Part shown: piece after piece, positions 9,352 to 17,825 of the stretch
Numbering within the stretch: the first letter of the stretch is position 1
How the letters are laid out: every line of letters starts with the position of its first letter
Assembly (NCBI GenBank): GCA_016784025.1
Contig: JADHVL010000001.1
Coordinates: forward strand, 73,753 to 137,752
DNA from: Fidelibacterota bacterium
GTDB lineage: Bacteria; Fidelibacterota; UBA8477; JABMPR01
Reading direction: 5' to 3'
DNA: 64,000 nt
Position numbers and translations under genes: made by a program
Notes under the pieces: model-generated
Databases searched by the model: none
Told to the model about the DNA's origin: nothing
The model's input: the letters and a program-made list of their open reading frames with translations, nothing else

Positions 9352-10419
9352 ATGAACATGAATAGAAAAATTGGCAGAACGAACCATGTCATGATCTGTC
9401 TGGCACTTTTCCTTTCCTCCCTGACAGCACAGGAGAAAGTGGGAACAACAGCATTTCAATTCCTGAAAGTCAATCCCACTGCCAGATCCGCGGCTATGGG
9501 TGATGCCACCTCATCGTTTGTTGATGGTGCATCCGCCATGTTTATCAATCCTGCAGGTCTAATGAATATTGACAAATTTGATATTTCAGCCTCTTATTTC
9601 AATTATTTCTTCGATGTAAAAACTTCAGCTTTTTCAGCAGCCTACAGCATCCCCAATTTTGGAACAGTTGGTGTGCTGGCTCAACTCACCGATTATGGTG
9701 AAATGAATGTTACTTCAGTTGAGGCTATGGGCTATCAAAATGGAGAGTTTAATCCAGGTTTTACCGGTGAGACATTCAATCCCGGACACCAGATCCTAGG
9801 TCTATCCTATGCCAATACACTTACAAACAAGTTTGCATTTGGTGTGACCGCGAAACACATCAAGGAAAATGCCGATTATTCCTGGAATGGCAGTGAGATG
9901 TCAGCTTCACTCATTGCCTTTGATACAGGACTGCAATACAGGACAGGTTATGAGTCTGTAAAAATTTCAATGGTCCTACGACATTTTGGTAAGGATGTAA
10001 GCTTTATAGAATATGAAGACACCCTGCGAATCTTTCATGATAGCACCTATACGGATGAAATCAGAACGGTAACCGGTAAACAATATCCCTTGCCCCAGAT
10101 TCTGGTTATGGGCATTTCAGGCTACATTTTTGGTCCAAAAGATGCGATTATCGCTACACCAGGCTCCAAATCAAGTCTACTATTCTCAGTGGATATGATG
10201 GCTCCCCGTGATTACGATCAGCAATTTAATTTTGGATTGGAATATGATTTTTCTAATCTTCTCTACTTACGGTCTGGCTACAAGCTGAACTACGATACAG
10301 AGAATTGGAGTCTTGGTTTTGGTCTCCATTATAAAGGTGTGCAGGTAGACTACTCGTTCAATAATTACGATTCATACCTTGGAACCATCAATCGATTTAC
10401 ACTTGGAATAGCCCTCTAA
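9352..10419 (+). CDS. PorV/PorQ-family outer-membrane beta-barrel (cassette 1, gene 3)
   Basis: 355 aa with a signal peptide. N-terminal GTTAFQFLKVNPTARSAAMGDA....ASAMFINPAGL matches the hallmark start of PorV/PorQ-family proteins. Alternating beta-strand pattern to the C-terminus. Confidence 0.7.
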   Translation: MNMNRKIGRTNHVMICLALFLSSLTAQEKVGTTAFQFLKVNPTARSAAMGDATSSFVDGASAMFINPAGLMNIDKFDISASYFNYFFDVKTSAFSAAYSIPNFGTVGVLAQLTDYGEMNVTSVEAMGYQNGEFNPGFTGETFNPGHQILGLSYANTLTNKFAFGVTAKHIKENADYSWNGSEMSASLIAFDTGLQYRTGYESVKISMVLRHFGKDVSFIEYEDTLRIFHDSTYTDEIRTVTGKQYPLPQILVMGISGYIFGPKDAIIATPGSKSSLLFSVDMMAPRDYDQQFNFGLEYDFSNLLYLRSGYKLNYDTENWSLGFGLHYKGVQVDYSFNNYDSYLGTINRFTLGIAL

Positions 10420-10438
10420 AGGTGCTCAGGATAATTTT

Positions 10439-11962
10439 ATGAAAGTACGTCATATACTTGTATCAATGGTTACGCTCTTAGCCCTACTTGTCCTTTCTGA
10501 CAGAGCGTTAGCACAGGGGAATGGGGCAGATCTTGGATTTCAGGGCCTGGGGCAAATCAGTCCCCAGAGCGTGAGAGGACTGGCTACTGGAAATGCATAT
10601 ACTGCCAGATCAGGTGATATTGAATCGATCTATTTTAATCCAGCTGGATTGAATGGAATCCAGGGATTTCAAGTCTCCTACTCTGCCAAAACCACCGAGA
10701 CAACCCTGTGGGAAAATAAAATGTGGGGAGATCAAGAATCTACACCCTTGCTTAGTATGATTATGGATTATCGTTTCGAAATTGATCCTGGACAATATGG
10801 CGTGACTGACGATTCACTCTGGTTGTTGATGGATATTGAGGATATAGGTATTCCTGAGCAAGGAGTTTATCATTACGAGCGGAGTGCTGCAAGTTGGATT
10901 GAAGAACGCTCAAAGCAGCTGCCCTTTAACTCAATCTCTGCTGTTTTACCAGTCACTCTATTCGATCAAGATTTTGTACTGGGTGGCTCTTATTCCAGTC
11001 AGTATAATGTGGATGATTATGATCGTAATGACAGTCATACCGATCCCTTCCTGGCCAACCGACCCTATATGCACTATAACTATGAAACGTCTGACGATAC
11101 TGCTCATGTTGTTTGGTCAAAATTCACCAGAAACCGTCAAGGTGTCATCAATTCAATGCGGTTTGCCCTGGGCTATAGTCTTGGGGAGGTCATTCAACTT
11201 GGTCTAGGGGTGAATAGTCTGTCAGGTGATACTGAGGATGAATTAATCCTCGATAAAATTGCATCCCTCGATTTATGGTCAAAAAGCTTTGTATTTACCC
11301 ACGATTCACTGGTGACCCGAACTTCTGGAACTTCAAGTTTTAGTGGTTTTAATCTGGATATGGGATTCATCTTTGATTTTTCCACAATAGATTTTGGACT
11401 GCATATCAAGCTACCCTATCGTCTGAATCGTGACTGGAGCTATACAAGGCAAATCACATCTCTTGATTCGATCTCATCAACACCTTCAAACGGTCAGGAT
11501 TTTGTGGACATTCCTGCCTCAGGTGCAGTTGGTATAAATATCCAAGCCACACAAGATTTGAGTATTGCCTTTGACATGGGCTTAATACCATACGAGTCAG
11601 CCACTTTTGAATATGCGGACTTTGGATATGGGGATATTGTCTCTGACTCGACTCAGTACCAATGGGTGGATGTATTGAGTTATCAAGTAGGTTTGACATA
11701 TGAGTTTTCAGACTTCTTGACACTAATGGGTGGGTATCGTTCAACGCCACTTCCTTATGTACCCTGGGGAGTTGCAGACAAATCTGAAGGTCCACGATCC
11801 ATGGGTCTGACCACAGGGATATCCATCTCTGTTATGAATATTCAGCTTGATGTTGCTTATGAATACCAGGAGTTAAAGTACTTAGAACCAGCTTATGCCT
11901 ACCTTAATTTCGTTACTCAGCTGAGGAACACATTCCTTGTTGGTTTGACATATGGGTTTTGA
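10439..11962 (+). CDS. FadL/PorV-like outer-membrane beta-barrel (cassette 1, gene 4)
   Basis: 507 aa with a signal peptide ending ALAQG. N-terminal RGLATGNAYTA..GDIESIYFNPAGL motif, as in FadL/UPF0164-type barrels. C-terminal beta-signal ...FLVGLTYGF. Confidence 0.6.
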   Translation: MKVRHILVSMVTLLALLVLSDRALAQGNGADLGFQGLGQISPQSVRGLATGNAYTARSGDIESIYFNPAGLNGIQGFQVSYSAKTTETTLWENKMWGDQESTPLLSMIMDYRFEIDPGQYGVTDDSLWLLMDIEDIGIPEQGVYHYERSAASWIEERSKQLPFNSISAVLPVTLFDQDFVLGGSYSSQYNVDDYDRNDSHTDPFLANRPYMHYNYETSDDTAHVVWSKFTRNRQGVINSMRFALGYSLGEVIQLGLGVNSLSGDTEDELILDKIASLDLWSKSFVFTHDSLVTRTSGTSSFSGFNLDMGFIFDFSTIDFGLHIKLPYRLNRDWSYTRQITSLDSISSTPSNGQDFVDIPASGAVGINIQATQDLSIAFDMGLIPYESATFEYADFGYGDIVSDSTQYQWVDVLSYQVGLTYEFSDFLTLMGGYRSTPLPYVPWGVADKSEGPRSMGLTTGISISVMNIQLDVAYEYQELKYLEPAYAYLNFVTQLRNTFLVGLTYGF

Positions 11963-11998
11963 AGCAGAGCAGGGAAACAACGATCAGAGGAAACATAA

Positions 11999-13909
11999 GT
12001 GTTTAAACGACTATTTATACTCATATCGATCAGCCTGACGTTGGGATTTTCCCAATGGGCTGAAGTTTCAGTGTCCAACCAGGGTGAAATTATTGAAGTC
12101 TGCACCCTCAATGATGGATTGGCATTTGCAGTTGTCCACAGTAACAGTGGTACAGAGGTCATCAAAACCACTGATTATGGTCAAAGTTGGATAGCAACAT
12201 CTAACCCCATTGATTGGATGAATGACGCCAAGACGATTGCCTTTAAAAATGAAAATGTGGGACTAGTTGGTGGTACAAATGGGATGTACATTTGGACTCT
12301 AGACGGTGGAACCAACTGGCAACAAAGTCAATTCGGGAATCAGGATGATATTACCTCAGCTCGCTGGATTGATACATCAGAATTGATTATCGCAACGGAA
12401 AACGGTTATGTCTGGTCAACCGACTATTTTGGAGCTGGTTGGGCTGTTAGTACGAGTCTAGAAGCAGCGTTGAATGAAATCAGTGCAAGAGCGAAGGCTT
12501 ATTCGCTAGAGATCATCGATCCGAACAACTGGCTTATCTGCGGCAAGAAAGGTGCAGTGCTTAAAACCAATGATCATGGGATGACCTGGACAGAATGTAA
12601 CCATTCCGCAGGAAAACCAATATTTTATGATATCTCAGCCCTAGATCTTGACAATTGGGTAGTTGTTGGGAATAATGGAAAGATGCTAAAAACTACGAAC
12701 GGGGGTACCAGTTTTTCCCTCATATATCCTGATCAGTCTCAATCGGTCACCTATGAAGCAGTGAGTTATTATGATCTTGATCATGTGATGGTTGGTGGTC
12801 AAGATGACTCAAATTCAGGAATCATTCAATCCTCTTCAGATGGTGGTCTCAACTGGACAGATGAACCTTATACACCGGGTAGTGAAAACACGATCATGAT
12901 TCATGATATCCACATGTACCGACACGACCATGCGATTGCTGTGGGCGACTTCAATCATAATAATCAATCAGCAGATTCTCGCATTTATCTCTATGGTGAA
13001 GCCCTGTTTTATGGTGACATTAATGGAGACAGCCAACTGGATGTGACAGACCTGACTCGGATGATAGAGCTGATTACCTATACAGGCGATCCCGGGCTGG
13101 AAACTGAATTGCGGGTTATGGATATGAATCGAGATGATTCAAATGATATTCTTGATGTGGTAATGCTTATTGAAAGCATTCTTGAGACACAAACGATGGC
13201 CAAGCAGACTGTTTTAGGCACCACCTTTTCTTCACAATCAATAACTCAGATTCATACCATTCTGGAATGGCAAAATGTCCCTGTTCACATCTCATATAAT
13301 GGTATGATATCAGGATTTCAAACAGATGTCAGTTATGATCCAACAGTTTTTGAAATCGGAATACCTGAATTAGCTCCAGGTAACGAGTCTGCCTCAATTT
13401 ATCATCGGACAGGAACTGGAAGTATGCGTGTACTGGGTGTGAATATTGGGGGTGGTCAGATTGATGTTGAATCGGGACTTCTGATGCAAATTCCCATACA
13501 GGCTATTGATGATTCCTATACGGGGCCAATAGAATTTAGTATTGATAATCTGATCCTGGCAGGACCAGGGGGGACTGAAATCCAGGCCGATATACTTTTG
13601 GGTGTTGACGATTCTAAGCCAGTGAATCCCCAGGTAAACAGATTACATCAAAACTTCCCCAATCCTTTTAATCCAAGCACCAGTATCCAATTTGCGATTT
13701 CACATGCTGGACCTGTTTCTCTGGTGGTATTTGACACGCAGGGGAAGCAAGTCGCAACCCTCAAGAATGGTCACCTTTCTACGGGTCATCATCAGGTTAG
13801 TTGGGATGGACTGAACAATAGGGGATATTCTGTAGATACGGGTATCTATTTTTGCCAGTTGAATTCATCAACTGGCTTAAAGACCATCAAAATGTTGCTG
13901 GTAAGATAG
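11999..13909 (+). CDS. BNR/Asp-box (Ycf48-like) beta-propeller protein with dockerin, cohesin-like module and T9SS CTD
   Basis: 636 aa, GTG start, signal peptide. Repeated SxDxGxTW-type blades (TTDYGQSW, TLDGGTNW, TNDHGMTW, TTNGGTSF, SSDGGLNW). Two EF-hand-like dockerin segments (GDINGDSQLDVTDL.., MDMNRDDSNDILDV..). Cohesin-like ISGFQTDVSYDPTVFEI region. CTD NFPNPFNPSTSIQF. Confidence 0.7.
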   Translation: MFKRLFILISISLTLGFSQWAEVSVSNQGEIIEVCTLNDGLAFAVVHSNSGTEVIKTTDYGQSWIATSNPIDWMNDAKTIAFKNENVGLVGGTNGMYIWTLDGGTNWQQSQFGNQDDITSARWIDTSELIIATENGYVWSTDYFGAGWAVSTSLEAALNEISARAKAYSLEIIDPNNWLICGKKGAVLKTNDHGMTWTECNHSAGKPIFYDISALDLDNWVVVGNNGKMLKTTNGGTSFSLIYPDQSQSVTYEAVSYYDLDHVMVGGQDDSNSGIIQSSSDGGLNWTDEPYTPGSENTIMIHDIHMYRHDHAIAVGDFNHNNQSADSRIYLYGEALFYGDINGDSQLDVTDLTRMIELITYTGDPGLETELRVMDMNRDDSNDILDVVMLIESILETQTMAKQTVLGTTFSSQSITQIHTILEWQNVPVHISYNGMISGFQTDVSYDPTVFEIGIPELAPGNESASIYHRTGTGSMRVLGVNIGGGQIDVESGLLMQIPIQAIDDSYTGPIEFSIDNLILAGPGGTEIQADILLGVDDSKPVNPQVNRLHQNFPNPFNPSTSIQFAISHAGPVSLVVFDTQGKQVATLKNGHLSTGHHQVSWDGLNNRGYSVDTGIYFCQLNSSTGLKTIKMLLVR

Positions 13910-14002
13910 CAACCTCAGGATACTGCTCTGAATTGATCTGAATCGAGCTGGATTCATTGACATATCGTCATGAAGTTTGACTTGCTTTTTTATGAAATAT
14001 AG

Positions 14003-14017
14003 GTATACTAAATATAC
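14003..14017. promoter_or_regulatory. Palindrome GTATA-CTAAA-TATAC, candidate operator/promoter element
   Basis: Perfect inverted repeat 114 nt upstream of the ATG at 14131. The 16-nt core GTATACTAAATATACA is identical to the site at 17713. Confidence 0.5.
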
Positions 14018-14130
14018 ACAAGATTGAAAAGTTAATGGATTTCACATATTACTATTTTTTGAATAGCAAAAGTGTCTAGAGCTGACAACTCGAGGTCAAA
14101 TATTTATTCAACATTATAAGGAGAAGGTGT

Positions 14131-15705
14131 ATGCTTAAAAAGTTACTCGTCTTAACAATCCTAAGCCTCTCATTTGGTTTTGCACAATGGGTGGAAGTTG
14201 TGATTGAACCGCTGGGAAAGATGAATCAAATTCAAGTATTGGATGATGGTCTGGCTTATGTGGCTCTGGGTGGAACTGGCCATAGTGGTGCTCTGAAAAC
14301 TACTGATTATGGAGCAACCTGGGATACACTAAATTATTATGCTGGCGAAGGCGCATCTTCCTTTTTGACGGTTGCTTTTAATAGTGCAGGTGTCGGATTT
14401 GTAGCTGGTCCAATCGGTTACATGGAAGTCAGTCTAGATGGTGGAGAAACATGGTCATCAGATATCAGCCCTGGCGGTCCTAATAAAATTAATAAAGTTC
14501 AGTGGGTCACTGAGACCAGATTTGTAGCCGCTGATTTTAAGGGTATTCTGTATTATACTGAAGATAATGGAGCGACCTGGACCGAGGATTATGCTCTCAA
14601 TACTGCATTGCTTGGTGTCCATGGCAGTGCCAATATTACAGCCCTTGAAATCGTGGATGAAAACAATTGGCTGGCCTGTGGTAAAAAAGGAGCGATCCTG
14701 AAATCCACAGACGGTGGTGTTTCCTGGACATCAGTAACGCATACTGTCGGGACGATCTTCTTCCAGGATATAACCGCAGTTGATGCAAATAACTGGTATG
14801 TAGTGAGTAACCAGGGTAAAGTTTTGTTTACCAGTGATGGCGGTCCAAATATTGCTGATACAGGTGCCAATCCGGAAGCCACAATTGACTGGTACTGTAT
14901 CGATAATTATGGCGCCAATGATATTATTCTTGGTGGAAAGTATATTGATGGTAACGGGGTTATCATGTCCTCAGCAGATGGTGGAACAACCTGGGTTGCT
15001 GAAACATATGCTGGAGCAGATTTATACAATTATAGTGCCCGTGATATCCACATGTTCAGTGCGACTGACGCTATTGTAGTCGGTGATGTTGGAACGACTG
15101 ATGGTTATGTTTATATCCTTGGTAATCCAGGTTCTGGAACTGGAAACGTTGCACCAACAGCCAACGCTGGTGATGATCAGATTGTTGATGAAGCAGGACC
15201 GGATCTTGGAGCAACTATCACACTTGACGGCTCTGGATCTTCAGATTCAGACGGAACCATCACAGCCTGGGATTGGTCTTGGGAAGGTGGCACAGCCTCA
15301 GGTGAAACTGCAGACGTTGAGCTAGCTGCAGGAACCTACACGGTAACACTCACAGTAACAGATGATGGTGGAGAAACAGCTACTGATGAAGTGAGTATTA
15401 CGGTTAACGTAGTTGTTTCTGTTGACGGTCGAATGAGTCCAATGACATTTGCTCTACATGCAAACTATCCTAACCCCTTCAATCCTTCCACGCAGATTAA
15501 TTATGATTTGACCGAAAGTGGTATAGTTGATTTGACCATTTACGATGTAAATGGTATCGAGGTTAGTAAGCTGGTACAGGGTTATCAAAGCGCTGGATCA
15601 CATTCATTAACCTTCAGTGCGAACAGCCTACCATCTGGTGTCTATGTTGCCAGATTAACTTCAGGTATGAATACTATGACCAGGAAAATGATCCTGATGA
15701 AATAA
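14131..15705 (+). CDS. BNR/Asp-box beta-propeller protein with PKD domain and T9SS CTD
   Basis: 524 aa, AAGGAG RBS, signal peptide. Blades KTTDYGATW, SLDGGETW, TEDNGATW, STDGGVSW, SADGGTTW. PKD-like ITLDGSGSSDSDGTITAWDWSW...TYTVTLTVTDDGG. CTD NYPNPFNPSTQINY. Confidence 0.75.
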   Translation: MLKKLLVLTILSLSFGFAQWVEVVIEPLGKMNQIQVLDDGLAYVALGGTGHSGALKTTDYGATWDTLNYYAGEGASSFLTVAFNSAGVGFVAGPIGYMEVSLDGGETWSSDISPGGPNKINKVQWVTETRFVAADFKGILYYTEDNGATWTEDYALNTALLGVHGSANITALEIVDENNWLACGKKGAILKSTDGGVSWTSVTHTVGTIFFQDITAVDANNWYVVSNQGKVLFTSDGGPNIADTGANPEATIDWYCIDNYGANDIILGGKYIDGNGVIMSSADGGTTWVAETYAGADLYNYSARDIHMFSATDAIVVGDVGTTDGYVYILGNPGSGTGNVAPTANAGDDQIVDEAGPDLGATITLDGSGSSDSDGTITAWDWSWEGGTASGETADVELAAGTYTVTLTVTDDGGETATDEVSITVNVVVSVDGRMSPMTFALHANYPNPFNPSTQINYDLTESGIVDLTIYDVNGIEVSKLVQGYQSAGSHSLTFSANSLPSGVYVARLTSGMNTMTRKMILMK

Positions 15706-15831
15706 TATGATCTATTGTTCCAAAGTTTGATGGTGAGGGGATAGAGTCTTGTGGGCTTTATCCCCTCATTTTGTTTAAGCAAGAAGATAATATTACTCAA
15801 AACAGATATAAATCGAGACAAGGGAGGAAAT

Positions 15832-17400
15832 ATGCTTAGACGATTAATGGTATCAACACTCTTACTGCTAACATTTGTGTTTGCCCAATGGACAGAAACT
15901 GAAATTGTGCCAGATGGGCGGTTGCAGGAGATAAGTATCCTGGATGATGGAACCGCCTACATTGCCATCGGTAATCAGGCAGATACACCCTATGGTGGTG
16001 TTTTGAAATCCACTGATTGGGGCGCAACCTGGGGCGAACTGGATTGTCCGGCAGCAACGACTCCAACCGGGATGCTTTCTGTTGATTTCTGGGATGCGAA
16101 TCTTGGAATTGTCACCGGCAAAGATCATATCGTCATGATAACTCGTGATAGTGGTGCCAGTTGGGAAACACCTGCGTTTGAGTCAGTAAATTCATTCTGG
16201 GTCGCAAAATGGTTGAGCGCTACCACAGTCGTTACAGTTGGGGATAGTGGAAAAGTCTTTATCAGCGAAGATGCAGGAGTGAATTGGACTACACAGCTCG
16301 GGCTTAGAGACATATGCCAGACAGTACATTCAAAAGCAGGCTGTTTCGATATGGCCTTTATTGATGAAAACAACTGGGTAAGTGTCGGCAAAAAAGGAGC
16401 TATGGCAAAAACTACAGATGCCGGTGCTACCTGGACTTTGCTTGCTCACACACTTGGGACACCTGTTTTTCAGGATATCGATTTCATCGACGCAGATAAC
16501 TGGATGATAGTTGGAACAAATGGATCTGCCTTAAAAACGACCGATGCAGGTGCCAGTTTCACAGTCATGTCCATCAACGCTGCTGCAAGATTTGAGGCTC
16601 TGGATTATCTGGATGCTAACAATGCCATGATAGGTGGACATGATGGGGGAGCTCCTACTGGCATTATTTATCAAACGACTGATGGTGGTGCCACCTGGAC
16701 AGATGCGAGCATACCAGCCACTACCGGTAATTCGGTTCGCGCCATCCACATGTTTGATGCAGCTACAGTGATTGCCCTGGGTGACTTAAACCCGGGTGGA
16801 CGAATATTTACTCTGGGCGTTCCAGGTTCTGGAACTGGAAATATTGCTCCAACAGCCAGTGCTGGTGTAGACCAGACTGTTGATGAAGCCGGACCAGGAC
16901 TTGGCGCCACAATCACTCTTGATGGTTCTGGATCATCGGATTCTGATGGTACAATCACAGCCTGGGATTGGTCCTGGGATGGTGGTACAGCTTCTGGTGA
17001 AACAGCTGATGTTGAATTTGCAGCGGGAACATATGCTGTGACACTCACAGTTACAGATGATGGTGGTGAAACAGCTACCGATGAAGTGATTATAGTAATC
17101 AACGTGGTCGTATCTGTTGATGGCCGAATGAGCCCACAGGCATTTGCACTGCATGCAAATTATCCTAACCCCTTCAATCCGACCACTCAGATTAGCTATG
17201 ATTTGGCTGAGAGTGGCTTGGTTGATTTGACGATTTACGATGTAAATGGCATCGAGGTTAGCAAGCTGGTACAGGGTTATAAAAGCGCAGGACATCACAC
17301 ATTGACTTTTTCAGCAGATAACCTGCCCTCTGGGATTTATGTTGCCAGATTATCTTCAGGTATTAAAAGTATGACCAGGAAAATGATTCTGATGAAGTAA
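15832..17400 (+). CDS. BNR/Asp-box beta-propeller protein with PKD domain and T9SS CTD (tandem paralogue)
   Basis: The ORF track begins at GTG 15751. I prefer ATG 15832, which has GGGAGG 6 nt upstream and gives a normal signal peptide (MLRRLMVSTLLLLTFVFAQW). Same architecture as 14131..15705. Confidence 0.75.
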   Translation: MLRRLMVSTLLLLTFVFAQWTETEIVPDGRLQEISILDDGTAYIAIGNQADTPYGGVLKSTDWGATWGELDCPAATTPTGMLSVDFWDANLGIVTGKDHIVMITRDSGASWETPAFESVNSFWVAKWLSATTVVTVGDSGKVFISEDAGVNWTTQLGLRDICQTVHSKAGCFDMAFIDENNWVSVGKKGAMAKTTDAGATWTLLAHTLGTPVFQDIDFIDADNWMIVGTNGSALKTTDAGASFTVMSINAAARFEALDYLDANNAMIGGHDGGAPTGIIYQTTDGGATWTDASIPATTGNSVRAIHMFDAATVIALGDLNPGGRIFTLGVPGSGTGNIAPTASAGVDQTVDEAGPGLGATITLDGSGSSDSDGTITAWDWSWDGGTASGETADVEFAAGTYAVTLTVTDDGGETATDEVIIVINVVVSVDGRMSPQAFALHANYPNPFNPTTQISYDLAESGLVDLTIYDVNGIEVSKLVQGYKSAGHHTLTFSADNLPSGIYVARLSSGIKSMTRKMILMK

Positions 17401-17427
17401 AATTAGAGTCATTCATTTTGACTTATC

Positions 17428-17466
17428 AGAGGCTGATTGCTGCAGAGTGGTCAGCCTCTTTTTGTT
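17428..17466 (+). terminator. Rho-independent terminator after the BNR-PKD gene
   Basis: AGAGGCTGA (17428-17436) pairs with TCAGCCTCT (17451-17459) and is followed by TTTTGTT, 28 nt after the stop at 17400. Confidence 0.7.
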
Positions 17467-17483
17467 CAGGGAGGAAAAGCCCC

Positions 17484-17660
17484 GGACATTGAGCATGCCT
17501 GCACTGAGCGATGTCGAAGTGTCGAAATGTCTTGGACCTTGGCATGATACCCTCCGACTTCGAGAGCCTCAGTCTCCGAAATCCCCTGGACATTGAGCTC
17601 GTCGAAATGTCCTTTGCCCTGGTGATTTCCTCTCCGACTTCGACAGGCTCAGCCTCCGAA
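17484..17660. repeat. Array of small hairpin repeats with conserved TGAGC(T/C)(T/C)GTCGAA core, in alternating orientation
   Basis: Units: 17484-17531 (GGACATT..ATGTC, expanded loop), 17556-17574 (reverse core TTCGAGAGCCTCA), 17588-17612 (GGACATT GAGCTCGTCGA AATGTCC, 7-bp stem), 17638-17652 (reverse core CTTCGACAGGCTCAG). Confidence 0.65.
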
Positions 17661-17712
17661 ACATTCCTGACATTACCTACGCAGTTATACCTTGCGATGA
17701 TTGAAAAATATA

Positions 17713-17727
17713 GTATACTAAATATAC
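17713..17727. promoter_or_regulatory. Palindrome GTATA-CTAAA-TATAC, candidate operator/promoter element
   Basis: Perfect inverted repeat 99 nt upstream of the ATG at 17826, immediately downstream of the hairpin-repeat array. Confidence 0.5.
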
Positions 17728-17825
17728 ATAATAGAGATTTTGCTTCTATGACAACAATGAGAATTATGAGTAAATCTAAAAAAATCATAAAGACAATAAT
17801 AATAGTATGATAGGATGATATTATC

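Noticed and set aside
13911-13921. AACCTCAGGAT just after the stop of 11999..13909, matching the reverse core of the hairpin at 49607
   Set aside because: Only an 11-nt match with no flanking stem. It may be a degenerate remnant but is within chance expectation.
15751-15831. Upstream GTG starts given by the ORF track (15751 and 19576)
   Set aside because: Internal ATGs at 15832 and 19636 are preceded by GGGAGG/AGGAGG and yield canonical signal peptides. The N-terminal extensions look non-coding.
17484-17660. Possible CRISPR array
   Set aside because: The repeat units are short (19-48 nt), imperfect, in alternating orientation and irregularly spaced. There are no unique spacers of uniform length and no cas genes in the window.
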